Part shown: positions 27,758-37,052 of the stretch, piece after piece
Layout: each line of letters opens with the position of its first letter
Position numbering within the stretch: position 1 is the stretch's first letter
Source: Capsulimonadaceae bacterium
GTDB taxonomy: Bacteria > Armatimonadota > Armatimonadia > Armatimonadales > Capsulimonadaceae
Direction: 5' to 3'
Assembly: GCA_965215505.1 (NCBI GenBank)
Contig: OZ244065.1
Span: 3,296,001 to 3,360,000 of the forward strand
Length of the DNA: 64,000 nt
The notes under the pieces: generated by a model
Database searches by the model: none
What the model saw: the letters and a program-made list of their open reading frames with translations, nothing else
What the model was told of the DNA's origin: nothing
Translations under genes and position numbers: made by a program

Positions 27758-29241
27758 TGCCCTCCGAAAAGTCCCATGCCCCGGCATCCCATGTCCTCGT
27801 CCGCTGGGCGTTCCTGCGCGCCCTGGGCCTGGTCTACTTCTGCGCCTTCGCCTCCCTGTGGCCGCAGATATTGGGGCTGGTCGGCAGCCGGGGCATCCTC
27901 CCGGCGCATGATTTCTTGGAGGCCCTCACCGATCAGGCCGGGCCGGACCGATTCCGGCTCGCGCCGACCCTGCTCTGGCTGGACCCGAGCGACCACGCCC
28001 TGCGCGGGCTGTGCGTTGCGGGGATGCTGCTGTCCCTGCTGCTGGTCGTCAATGTCCTGCCCGTCCCGACTCTGGCGGGCCTCTGGCTCCTGTACCTGTC
28101 CGTCGTCAGCGTCGGACAGGACTTTTTGGGGTTCCAGTGGGACACGCTGCTGCTCGAAACGGGCTTCCTCGCCATCTTCTTCGCTCCGGGGCGCGTTCTG
28201 CCGAGTTTCATCAACGAAACGCCTCCCTCGCGGCTGGCGCTCTGGCTCCTGCGCTGGCTGCTGTTCCGCCTGATGTTCGCCTCGGGCGTCGTCAAGCTCG
28301 CCTCGGGCGACCCGACGTGGCGGAGCGGCACGGCGCTCGCCTTCCACTACGAGACGCAGCCGCTGCCGACACCACTGGCCTGGCTCCTGCACCTGCTCCC
28401 GCTGTCCTTGCAGCGCTTCTCCACCCTGTCCGTCCTGGCCCTGGAACTGGCCGCGCCCTTCCTGATCTTCGGCCCGCGCCGCCTGCGCCTGGCCGGGGCG
28501 GGCCTGCTGGCCGCTTTGCAGGTCCTGATCCTGCTGACCGGCAGCTTCGCCTTCTTCAACTATCTGACACTGGCCCTGTGCGTCCTATTGCTGGATGACG
28601 CCGCCCTGCGGCGGCTCGTGCCCGGCCGCCTGCGCCGCCGCCTCCCCGCCGGACCGGAAGCCCGCCCCGCGCCGCCGCGCGCCCGGCGCTGGGTCCTCGC
28701 CCCCGTCGCGGCCTTCGTCCTGGCCCTCAGCCTGGGGCGGCTCGCCGGCGACTTCGGCCTGCCCTCTCCCGTTCAGCCTCTGGCCGCTTGGTCGGAGCCG
28801 CTGCACCTAGTCAACCCGTATGGCCTGTTCGCCGTCATGACCACCTCCCACCCGGTCATCGCCGTCGAGGGCAGCGAAGACGGCCGGACGTGGGTTCCCT
28901 ATCGCTTCCGCCATCAGCCGCAGGACCCGGACCGGGCACCCCGGTGGGTCGCGCCGTTCCAGCCGCGCCTGGACTGGCAGCTCTGGTTCGCCGCCCTCGG
29001 CAGTGCCGATCAAGCCCCCTGGTTCCAGGCCTTCCTGGTACGCCTGCTGCAAGGCTCCCCCGACGTGCTGGGCCTGCTCCAGACGAAGCCCTCCCCCCAC
29101 GCGCCCCCGCGCTTCGTCCGGGCGACGCTCTATGACTACCGCTTCACGGACTTCCCCACACATCGGGCGACCGGGGCGTGGTGGCGACGCCGCCCGCTCG
29201 GGCTTTACTTCCCGCCCGCCTCGCTGCGCCCTTCCCCCTGA
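27754..29241 (+). CDS. Lipase maturation factor (LMF1) family membrane protein
   Basis: FLRALGLVY, FQWDTLLLETGF, RLMFASGVVKL, HYETQPLP, QPRLDWQLWFAAL. Confidence 0.9.
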   Translation: MMPSEKSHAPASHVLVRWAFLRALGLVYFCAFASLWPQILGLVGSRGILPAHDFLEALTDQAGPDRFRLAPTLLWLDPSDHALRGLCVAGMLLSLLLVVNVLPVPTLAGLWLLYLSVVSVGQDFLGFQWDTLLLETGFLAIFFAPGRVLPSFINETPPSRLALWLLRWLLFRLMFASGVVKLASGDPTWRSGTALAFHYETQPLPTPLAWLLHLLPLSLQRFSTLSVLALELAAPFLIFGPRRLRLAGAGLLAALQVLILLTGSFAFFNYLTLALCVLLLDDAALRRLVPGRLRRRLPAGPEARPAPPRARRWVLAPVAAFVLALSLGRLAGDFGLPSPVQPLAAWSEPLHLVNPYGLFAVMTTSHPVIAVEGSEDGRTWVPYRFRHQPQDPDRAPRWVAPFQPRLDWQLWFAALGSADQAPWFQAFLVRLLQGSPDVLGLLQTKPSPHAPPRFVRATLYDYRFTDFPTHRATGAWWRRRPLGLYFPPASLRPSP

Positions 29242-29335
29242 TCGCCTCCGGGGAGCCAGTCTGTGGCCCGGCCCGCCGCCTGTTCCACAGTAGGCGAATG
29301 GGTACGCACAAGCCGGGCCTGGGTAAGAAGGCCGC

Positions 29336-31069
29336 GTGTTCAAAGCCTGCCTTCCCTGCCTTTTTCCCTTTGCCGCCCTGTGCCTCCTCGCCCCGGCGGC
29401 GTCAGCCCAGCGGCCAGCCCGGACCGTGCTGGACATCGAGAACCTGCGCGCCGTGCCGGCGGGGCGACTGCCGAATGATGTCCCCACCTGCCAGGTGCTT
29501 GTCGTCGGCGGCGGGCTGGGCGGCGTGGCCGCCGCCGAGGACCTGGCCCGCGCGGGCGTCTCCGTCATCCTGACCGAGCCGACCTCGCACCTCGGCGGGC
29601 AGCTCACCGCCCAGGGGCTGGGGACGCCCGACGAGAACAGCTTCATCGAGGACGCCCCCGGACCCGGCACGCCTCACTACCGCGCGCTGCGCGACCAGGT
29701 GCGCGACGCCTACGCGCGGACGCCTAATGTCGTGCCCAGCCGGGCGCGCAACGTCGGCGTCTGCTGGGTCAGCCGCGTCTCGGGCGAGCCGGCCGTCTGG
29801 GAGCAGGCGATCAAGGACCGGCTCGCGCCGCTGGCCGGGCCGTCCGGCATCCGCGCCATCCTCACGCGCAATCAGCTACTTGCCGTCGCCCGCTACCGCG
29901 GCAATGGTCAGGTCTCTTATGCCGACTTCCTGGACCTGGACACGGGCCGCATCACCCGCATCGGCGCGCAGTTCGTCCTGGACGCCACCGAGACCGGCGA
30001 CGTGCTGCCGCTCGCCGGGTCGCCCTGGACGGTGGGCCAGGAGGCGCGTTCGCTCTACGGCGAGCCGGACGCGCCGCCCGCCCCGCACCCAGAATGGGTA
30101 CAGAGCCTCACCTACTGCTTCGCCGTCCGCTGGACGCCGCAGGGCGTCCTCCCCCTCGTTGACAGGCCCGCAGAGTACGACCGCTTCAACGCGACCGGCG
30201 CTTACTCGCTCGCCTATGACCCGGACGGGCAGGGACCGACCGATTACCGGATGTTCGGCTACGCGCCCGGCGCAGGCGGCCCGTTCTGGAGCTACCGGCG
30301 GCTCGTCGCTGCGTCTTCTTTTGTCAACGACCCGCGCTACGCGCAGGACGTGTCGCTGATCAACTGGAGCGGCAACGACTTCCGCGGCGAAAGCTTTATC
30401 GGCAAGTCGGCGGAAGAGCAGGTCCGCATCCTGACGCGCGCCAAAGCGTTCGCGCAGGGGTTCTTGTACTGGCTCCAGACCGAGTGCCCGCGCGACGAGG
30501 GCGGGGCGGGCTACCCCGAAATGCAGCCCGCCCCGGACGTGCTGGGGGCGGACGGCTTCGCATCGCACCCCTACATCCGCGAGTCGCGTCGCCTGCTGGG
30601 ACAGGCCACACTGACCGAGAACGCCATGCTCCCGGACCCCGCCGCCCCCGGCGATACTGCCGGCCCGGCACCCTTCGACGCGGCGGGGATCGCCTTCTAC
30701 CCGATTGACATCCACCCCGCGCTCGGGGAGCCGCCGCTGCTGGCGCGGACGCTGCCCTACCACCTGCCTTTGGGGGCGTTCGTGGCGCGCTCCGGCCCGA
30801 CGAACGTCCTGCCCGCCGGCAAAGACCTCGGGGCCAGCCGCCTTGCGGCGGCTTCCGCCCGGATCCACCCGGCCGAGTGGCTGTGCGGGGAGATCGCCGC
30901 CCACCTCGCCGCCTTCTGCCTGGTGCATGACATCCAGCCGGCCCAGGTGCGGGACACGCCCGCGCTGCTGGCGGCCTTCCAGGCCGGCCTGGAAGCGGAC
31001 GGCATCCCGACGCGCTGGGCGGAAGTGTCGGCAGGAAACCGCGCCCCCCCCGGCGAAACAGCGCCGTGA
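29336..31069 (+). CDS. Exported FAD-dependent oxidoreductase
   Basis: Signal peptide; VVGGGLGGVAAA, LGGQLTAQG, DATETGD, PYIRESRRL. Confidence 0.8.
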   Translation: MFKACLPCLFPFAALCLLAPAASAQRPARTVLDIENLRAVPAGRLPNDVPTCQVLVVGGGLGGVAAAEDLARAGVSVILTEPTSHLGGQLTAQGLGTPDENSFIEDAPGPGTPHYRALRDQVRDAYARTPNVVPSRARNVGVCWVSRVSGEPAVWEQAIKDRLAPLAGPSGIRAILTRNQLLAVARYRGNGQVSYADFLDLDTGRITRIGAQFVLDATETGDVLPLAGSPWTVGQEARSLYGEPDAPPAPHPEWVQSLTYCFAVRWTPQGVLPLVDRPAEYDRFNATGAYSLAYDPDGQGPTDYRMFGYAPGAGGPFWSYRRLVAASSFVNDPRYAQDVSLINWSGNDFRGESFIGKSAEEQVRILTRAKAFAQGFLYWLQTECPRDEGGAGYPEMQPAPDVLGADGFASHPYIRESRRLLGQATLTENAMLPDPAAPGDTAGPAPFDAAGIAFYPIDIHPALGEPPLLARTLPYHLPLGAFVARSGPTNVLPAGKDLGASRLAAASARIHPAEWLCGEIAAHLAAFCLVHDIQPAQVRDTPALLAAFQAGLEADGIPTRWAEVSAGNRAPPGETAP

Positions 31070-31092
31070 CGGGAGAAAGGTGGAGGACACTC

Positions 31093-32757
31093 ATGGACCA
31101 GGCGAGACAGAATGCGCCGGGGCAACGCCCAGAAGGACAGCGCTCGGACCAGGTGAAGACCTGTCAGATCGGCTACCTGCCCCACGAAACCAAGTTCGCC
31201 ATGCTCACCGATGCCCCGGCGGGCGCGGCCGTCGTGCGGCGGGCAGCAGACGGCGGGGCCGTTCTTACGGTGAAGGCGGCCCCGCCGGTCCAGGACGCCG
31301 ACTCGGGCGACGCCGTCAGCGCCATAGACTTCTCCGCGCTGGCCGAGCCGGGGGCCTACTTCCTGGAAGTCCCCGGCGTCGGCCTCAGCGACGAGTTCCA
31401 GGTCGGGCCGGACATCTTCGCCCGCCCCTTCCGGCTGGCGATGCGGATGTTCACCGGCCAGCGCTGCGGCACGCCCGTCAGCCTCGCGCCCGACTTCCCC
31501 GAGTACCACTACCCCGTCTGCCACACCGCGCCCGCCGAGTTCCACCCGTCCAGCGGGCAGCACGGGCAGTGGGACTGTCAAGGGGGCTGGCACGACGCCG
31601 GGGACTATGGCCGCTACACCGTCAACTCGGGCATCACGACGGGGACGCTGCTGTGGGCCCACGAGCTGAACCAGGACAAGCTGCGCGCCGTCGATCTTGA
31701 CCTGCCCGAGTCGGGAGGGCCGACGCCGGACGTGCTGGCCGAGATCCGCTGGAACGTCGCATGGATGCTGCGGATGCAGGACGGGGACGGCGGCGCGTGG
31801 CACAAGGCGACGACCGCCCGGTTCCCCGGCTTCGTCATGCCGCAGGACGATGCAGACCCGGTCCTGATCATCGGGCACGGCGAAGCGCCCTACAAGACGA
31901 CGGCGGCGACTGCCGACCTCGCCGCCGTCTGCGCCATCGCCGCCCGGCTGTACCGGCCCTTCGATGCGGCCTTCGCCGGCACCTGCCTCCGCACCGCCGA
32001 GCGGGCGTGGGGGTGGCTGGCGTCAACGCCCGACCACAACTTCAACGACAACCCGCCCGGCATCGCCACCGGCGGCTACGGCGACGATGACGCGCGCGAC
32101 GAGCGGCTGTGGGCCGCCTCCGAACTGTTCCGGACGACGGGGGAGGGGAAGTACGAGGGGTATTTCCTAAGCCATTACGGCGCATGGCGGCCCGCGCTGA
32201 ACGCCGAGTCACCCCCGAGCTGGCCGGACGTGTCCGCGCTCGCGATGTTTTCCTATGCCCTGACCGAAGGGGCGGACGCAGCCGCAGTCGCCCGGATCAG
32301 GGCGGACGCCATCGCCGTCGCCGACGCCATCGCCGCCCGGTCGCAGGACAGCGGCTACCGCGTTCCTCTGACCAGCCAAGACTACATCTGGGGCAGCAAC
32401 GCCGTCGTCGCAAACTACGCGCTCGTGCTGCTCTTCGCGGGCCGCTTCACGCCCAAGGCGGAGTACCGGAACGCCGCCCTGGACGCCCTGCATTATCTGC
32501 TGGGACGCAACACGTTCGGCATCAGCTTCGTCACCCAGGTCGGCTGCCGGTGGCCGATGCACCCGCACCACCGGCCCAGCGGCGCGGACGGGGTTGAGCA
32601 GCCCTGGCCGGGGATGCTGGTCGGCGGCCCCAACGCCGAGGGCCGGACGCCGCCCGCGCGGCAGTGGGCGGACGAGGAAGGCAGCTACACCACCAACGAG
32701 GTCGCGATCAACTGGAACGCCCCCCTCGTGTTCCTCTTGGCCCACTTCTTGCCCTGA
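31093..32757 (+). CDS. Glycoside hydrolase family 9 with N-terminal Ig-like domain
   Basis: QIGYLP, GGWHDAGDYGRY, WGSN, PHHRPS, SYTTNEVAINWNA; ATG after GGAGGA; no signal peptide. Confidence 0.9.
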   Translation: MDQARQNAPGQRPEGQRSDQVKTCQIGYLPHETKFAMLTDAPAGAAVVRRAADGGAVLTVKAAPPVQDADSGDAVSAIDFSALAEPGAYFLEVPGVGLSDEFQVGPDIFARPFRLAMRMFTGQRCGTPVSLAPDFPEYHYPVCHTAPAEFHPSSGQHGQWDCQGGWHDAGDYGRYTVNSGITTGTLLWAHELNQDKLRAVDLDLPESGGPTPDVLAEIRWNVAWMLRMQDGDGGAWHKATTARFPGFVMPQDDADPVLIIGHGEAPYKTTAATADLAAVCAIAARLYRPFDAAFAGTCLRTAERAWGWLASTPDHNFNDNPPGIATGGYGDDDARDERLWAASELFRTTGEGKYEGYFLSHYGAWRPALNAESPPSWPDVSALAMFSYALTEGADAAAVARIRADAIAVADAIAARSQDSGYRVPLTSQDYIWGSNAVVANYALVLLFAGRFTPKAEYRNAALDALHYLLGRNTFGISFVTQVGCRWPMHPHHRPSGADGVEQPWPGMLVGGPNAEGRTPPARQWADEEGSYTTNEVAINWNAPLVFLLAHFLP

Positions 32758-32761
32758 CCCG

Positions 32762-33775
32762 TCAGGCCCAGGCCGGCCCGAACACCTCAGCCAGCAGCTC
32801 ATACGACCGCACCCGCTCCGCGTGACCATGCGTGATCGTCGTCACCATGACCTCATCGGCGTCCGTCTCCCCGGCCAGGCGGCATATCTGCGCGCGGACC
32901 GCCTCCGGGTCCCCCAAAATCAGCCGCCGCCGCGTCTCCCGCACCTGGACCCGGTCGGCGAACGTGTAGGGGTACGCCCGCGCCTCGTCGGACGTCGGGA
33001 ACGGGGCCGGATTGCCGCGCCGCAGCCGCAGCCAGGCCAGGTCCAGGGAGGGTGCCAGCGCCTCCGCCTGCTCCGCCGTGTCGGCGCAGATCACCGAGGC
33101 CGTGACGATGGCCTGGGGCGTCGTGAGATGCTGCGAAGGGCGGAAGTTCTCGCGGTAGGCCCGCATCGCCTCGGCTGCGCCGTCCGGGTTGATGTGGTGG
33201 GCGAAGACGAACCCCAGCCCGCGTTGCCCCGCCAGGCGCGCGCTGTAGTCGCTCGACCCGAGCAGCCAGACGGGCGGGAGGGGGACGCCCGCCGGCACGG
33301 CGGCGACGGACCGGAAGGGATGGTCCTCCCCGAACCCGCCGCCCGCGAACGCGAACAGGTCATCAAGCTGCTGCGGCAGGTCATCCGCCCCCGCCCCGCC
33401 CGACGACCGCCGCAGGGCCGCCGCCGTGCGCGGGTCGGTCCCCGCCGCCCGCCCGATGCCGAGGTCTATCCGGCCCGGAAAGAGCGCCTCCAGAGTCAGG
33501 AACGATTCGGCCACTTTGAGGGGCGCGTGGTTCGGCAGCATAACCCCGCCCGACCCGACGCGCATCCGCGCCGTCTCGCGCGCCACCTGCCCGATCAGGA
33601 TCTCCGGCGAAGAACCGGCGATGCCGGACATGTTGTGATGTTCCGCCAGCCAGTAGCGGGTGTAGCCCAGAGCGTCCGCCCGGTGGGCCAAATCAAGCGT
33701 GTTTCGCAGAGCCTGCGCCGCCGTCATGCCGGAAGAGACGGGGGCCAGGTCGAGGACGGAAAGTGAGAGTGCCAT
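32762..33775 (-). CDS. LLM-class (luciferase-like) flavin-dependent oxidoreductase
   Basis: [43 protein letters not shown]. Confidence 0.92.
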   Translation of the reverse strand: MALSLSVLDLAPVSSGMTAAQALRNTLDLAHRADALGYTRYWLAEHHNMSGIAGSSPEILIGQVARETARMRVGSGGVMLPNHAPLKVAESFLTLEALFPGRIDLGIGRAAGTDPRTAAALRRSSGGAGADDLPQQLDDLFAFAGGGFGEDHPFRSVAAVPAGVPLPPVWLLGSSDYSARLAGQRGLGFVFAHHINPDGAAEAMRAYRENFRPSQHLTTPQAIVTASVICADTAEQAEALAPSLDLAWLRLRRGNPAPFPTSDEARAYPYTFADRVQVRETRRRLILGDPEAVRAQICRLAGETDADEVMVTTITHGHAERVRSYELLAEVFGPAWA

Positions 33776-33858
33776 GTATCAAGAACCCCGGCGGGGCGGG
33801 GGAGGGTTCCTGCGGTTCACAGGCGTGGGGAATCAAAGAGCCTCGCCCGACTGGTCAG

Positions 33859-34084
33859 TCCCGGCGTTAAACCGCCGGTCTACTCGGATGGGCCGCCCAC
33901 TTCGGGGCTTCTGAAGGAGCAAGACACGAGAGTAGGGCAGCAGGAGGGGCGAAGGAAGAGGAAAGGGTGAGGCAAGCAGTGCCTTTTTGTGGCCAGATCA
34001 ACGTCGTCCAGCGGCAACGTCCGAAGCCCCGAAGGGGCGGCCCACCGGCGAAGCCGGCAGTAGACCGGCCCTTCAGGGCCGGGA
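33859..34084. repeat. REPIN-like element, family B
   Basis: CCCGGCGTTAAACCGCCGGTCTAC ... GTAGACCGGCCCTTCAGGGCCGGG; ends shared with 48447-48686. Confidence 0.8.
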
Positions 34085-34276
34085 CGATGCTGGGCCGGAT
34101 TGCGCCAATACAGGAGGCCCAACAAGTGCCCGTGGCGATCGCTCCCGGCGCTGATGCGGCGTCATGGGCCTGAGCGATGAACGAGGCCGCACGGCGCCGC
34201 GTCTCCGGGTCAGGTGCCGCACCGTCCGGTCCCACCCCAGTTCGCTCTATCTGCCGCAAGGTGTTCTCGATCCCGC

Positions 34277-34687
34277 TTATGGCCTCGCCTCCTGGAGAAT
34301 CGTGTCGAACCGCTCATAGTCGCAGCCGCAGGTGGCCGCCGACTCGCCGCAGACGGGGCACTGCTCCGCAATGCATCCCCGCGCGTGGTACTGGCGCGCC
34401 ACAGCATCGCAGCAAGGGCAGGGGGCGTCCTGCGCCCCGCTCACCCCGTCCTCCTCGCCGTACCGGATACGCGGGTAGGCCCGTCCCCGGCAGACGTAGC
34501 CCGGCTCCGGGGGCGGCGGCCAGACATTCGGCGGGGCCGCAACGATGCTACGCCGCGTATCGGGGCCGAAGAGGTGACGCCAGCCATCCCGCAGCATCGT
34601 CCCGACCATGTACACCAGCAGGACGCAGAGGGCCAGGAACGTCAGGACGATGAAGCAGCCCACGGCAAGTGCGAGCGAGTGCATCAT
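34277..34687 (-). CDS. Membrane-anchored Cys/His-rich hypothetical protein
   Basis: N-terminal TM, RIRYGEE, CPCC..HARGC..EQCPVCG..CGC. Confidence 0.65.
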   Translation of the reverse strand: MMHSLALAVGCFIVLTFLALCVLLVYMVGTMLRDGWRHLFGPDTRRSIVAAPPNVWPPPPEPGYVCRGRAYPRIRYGEEDGVSGAQDAPCPCCDAVARQYHARGCIAEQCPVCGESAATCGCDYERFDTILQEARP

Positions 34688-34716
34688 TTCAGTGCATCAT
34701 TTCAGTGCATCATTTC
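34678..34716. repeat. Tandem repeat, 3 x 13 bp AGTGCATCATTTC
   Basis: Exact copies at 34678, 34691 and 34704 spanning a stop/start junction. Confidence 0.9.
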
Positions 34717-35228
34717 GAGGGAGAGAAACGGGTGCTGAGTGTGCGGGAGGTTTTCAGCAGCCAGCCGGAGCCGCTCCGTACCCACAGATCACGGTCGGTG
34801 TCGCCGCCCGTGAACTCAGTTCTCTTCCCGCCCACCACCACCATCAGCGAGTTCCGGCTGCTGGTGTCCACGGTCGCGCCCGACGCCCCGAAACTGATGC
34901 GCGTGATGGTCGTGTGGGACGTCACCTGCGCGGGGCTTGCCAGGATTTTGGCCATGCCTTTGCGCGTCTGCTCCCTGTCATGGCTCGGCTTACGGCTGCC
35001 GGGGTCGTACTGCTGGTAATCGGGACTCAGGAAGGCGACGAACCTGTCCGCGTCTTTCCTGGCTACCGCCTGATCCATCTTCCGGTAGGCGCTCTGGATG
35101 AAAGCCTTGTCTCTGGCGGGGCTGTCCGCCAAAGTAGGGGTTGAAAGGCAGACGAGCGAAGCCAGGGCCAGGCTCCCGCCCAAGATCGCGACCAGGTCTC
35201 CGCGCGGCGTGTCCGTTTTTCCATTCAT
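34710..35228 (-). CDS. Exported NTF2/SnoaL-like (DUF4440-type) protein
   Basis: Signal peptide; IQSAYRKMDQAVARKDAD..FLSPDY..DLWVRSGSGWLL. Confidence 0.7.
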   Translation of the reverse strand: MNGKTDTPRGDLVAILGGSLALASLVCLSTPTLADSPARDKAFIQSAYRKMDQAVARKDADRFVAFLSPDYQQYDPGSRKPSHDREQTRKGMAKILASPAQVTSHTTITRISFGASGATVDTSSRNSLMVVVGGKRTEFTGGDTDRDLWVRSGSGWLLKTSRTLSTRFSPSK

Positions 35229-35507
35229 GGGGCTATCTTTCTCCGGTTTCGCGGCGGTCATACGGAGGAGCCGCCGCGCCCTGATTCGCCCTCGCCGCCG
35301 CCTTTTCCTGCCCCCCCACGGGAGGAGACGCCGATACTTCCGGTGCGGATGGCTTTCCATTGGCTCACGAAAATGCGCCATTTATGAGACGATCAGAACA
35401 GCCTTCCAGGCAGGTAAGGGAAACCTTTTGCCCTGGACAGTCGCAGGGCGGCAGCCTCCGCCCTCGATCTGCAGGCATGTGGGGAGAAAGGCTTGTCAGA
35501 GCGCCAC

Positions 35508-35536
35508 TTGACTTACTGCTCATTGTATGATATACT
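35508..35536 (+). promoter_or_regulatory. Near-consensus sigma70 promoter
   Basis: TTGACT-17 bp-TATACT with extended -10 TGn. Confidence 0.8.
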
Positions 35537-35542
35537 ATCCTC

Positions 35543-35616
35543 ACGTTGCCGAAGTCGACGGCAACAAAATAGGCAGCGTACCAGAGAGCGGCGATCCCAG
35601 GGGTCGGCGCTTTTTT
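35543..35616 (+). ncRNA. Candidate ~74-nt small RNA
   Basis: Follows the promoter; hairpin GTTGCCG-N7-CGGCAAC, A-rich linker, terminator hairpin plus T6; no ORF inside. Confidence 0.55.
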
Positions 35617-35677
35617 GCTGTCTCAGCCCGGTCGCCGCCGGAAAGCCGGGGAGAAACAGGTTCTCCCCCGCCGTGCT

Positions 35678-36738
35678 TCAGGCCCTGTCCGGGAGCTGCG
35701 TATATTCCGGGAAGTTGCCGTAGAGCTTTTCGCCGGGTTCCCCCTGGGTGACGGCCAGGACCAGGTAGCGCCCGCCGACGAAGCAGCCCTTCTAGGACTG
35801 CCCGATGCCGCCGAAGACCTCTTCCCGGTCGCCCCGGCTCCGCACGGCGTTGATCCCGATCTTGAAGCCCCGTAACTGGTCGGCGATCTGCCGGGCCACC
35901 TGCGGGTCGTCGCACGCGATCGAGGAGACCAGGGAGCCGTTCGACACGTTCATCTCGGAGATCAGCTCCTCGACGTGGTCCACGACGACAATCGAGTCGA
36001 TCGGCCCGAACGGCTCATTTTGCCGCCGACGAAGGCGAGGCAGTCCACGAACTCGTTCCGCACCAGGGCCTCACTGAGCTGGCCGCCCGACCCGCTGACC
36101 AGCGAGACCGGCAGGCCCGCCCGCCGGGCGATGGCGTGGGCCAGCGTCAGTGCGTACAGCCCGCCGTCGGTCGGGGTCTGGGAGATCGAGGCGTTCCCGG
36201 CCAGCACCTGGACCAGGACGGCATGCATGAGTACGGACATGGGGTAATTCCAGGACGCGATGTTCGAGATCAGCCCCAGGGGCCGCCGCCGCCCCAGCAT
36301 GGCCTCGATGTTCTCGATGTACCCGATGTACCATTCGACCCCGCTGATGCAGCGGTCGATGTCCATCAGCGCCTGGGCGTGGGGCTGGCCGATCTCCCAG
36401 ACCAGGAGCAGGGCGATCAGCTCCCGCTGCCCGCGCAGTCCGTCCAGACAGAGCGAGACGCGGCGCTTGCGCTCGTCCAGGTCTATGGAGGCCCAGGCCG
36501 AGGCTTCCGACTTGGCATACTGGACCGCGCCGCGCGCCGTCTGCAAATCCAGCATGGGGATCTGACCGAGGCTGCGGCCATCCGCGGCCGACTCGTAGTG
36601 GCGGCCTGCGCCGGGATTCGACCAGTCGCCTTCGAGCAGGTTGAGTACATGGCCGTCCGAGGTGAAGGCCTCCGGCAGCTGTGCCGCCGTGTCTTGCAGG
36701 ACTTTGCTCCAGTCCGCGCTGGGGGAAATATGTAGCAT
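35678..36738 (-). pseudogene. Aldehyde dehydrogenase pseudogene
   Basis: ALDH N-terminal half (SNIASWNYP, AFVGGK) jumps near 36019 into another frame at EPFGP; catalytic middle missing; in-frame TAG at 35792-35794 with ALDH-like sequence continuing to 35678. Confidence 0.8.
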
Positions 36739-36819
36739 ACATGCTCCCTCCTGCGGGGCAGGGGATGATTGTACCCATCCACACAGCGTTTGGGGCCTCT
36801 TTTGGGGGCGCGTCCCGCC

Positions 36820-36981
36820 GTGTTTACAGCAATAATCGCCACAGCCACTGTCAGCGGGGCGGCGCGGCGGGCGAGCCTGCTTCAGCGCCTCGCGCGGCGG
36901 TGGGACATGGTCGGGGTGCTGGCCCTGATGGGGTCGAGCGCCGCCTACGGCGTCTTCGCCCTGGCCCAAGTTGGCCTGTAG
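36820..36981 (+). CDS. Small membrane peptide, copy 1 (start uncertain, may be a remnant)
   Basis: RLARRWDMVGVLALMGSSAAYGVFALAQVGL; paralog of 39263-39451. Confidence 0.5.
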   Translation: MFTAIIATATVSGAARRASLLQRLARRWDMVGVLALMGSSAAYGVFALAQVGL

Positions 36982-37002
36982 ACACACGGCAGGTTCACGA
37001 CG

Positions 37003-37035
37003 ACGGCCCGGCCTCAATGTTGAGGCCGGGCCGTT
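37003..37035. terminator. Hairpin terminator between convergent genes
   Basis: ACGGCCCGGCCTCAA-TG-TTGAGGCCGGGCCGT; nearly identical to 39477-39512. Confidence 0.7.
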
Positions 37036-37052
37036 CTCTTGCGTGACGCCGA

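Noticed and set aside
35229-35500. Riboswitch in the leader of the NTF2-like gene
   Set aside because: GC-rich hairpins are possible but I found no recognisable aptamer consensus
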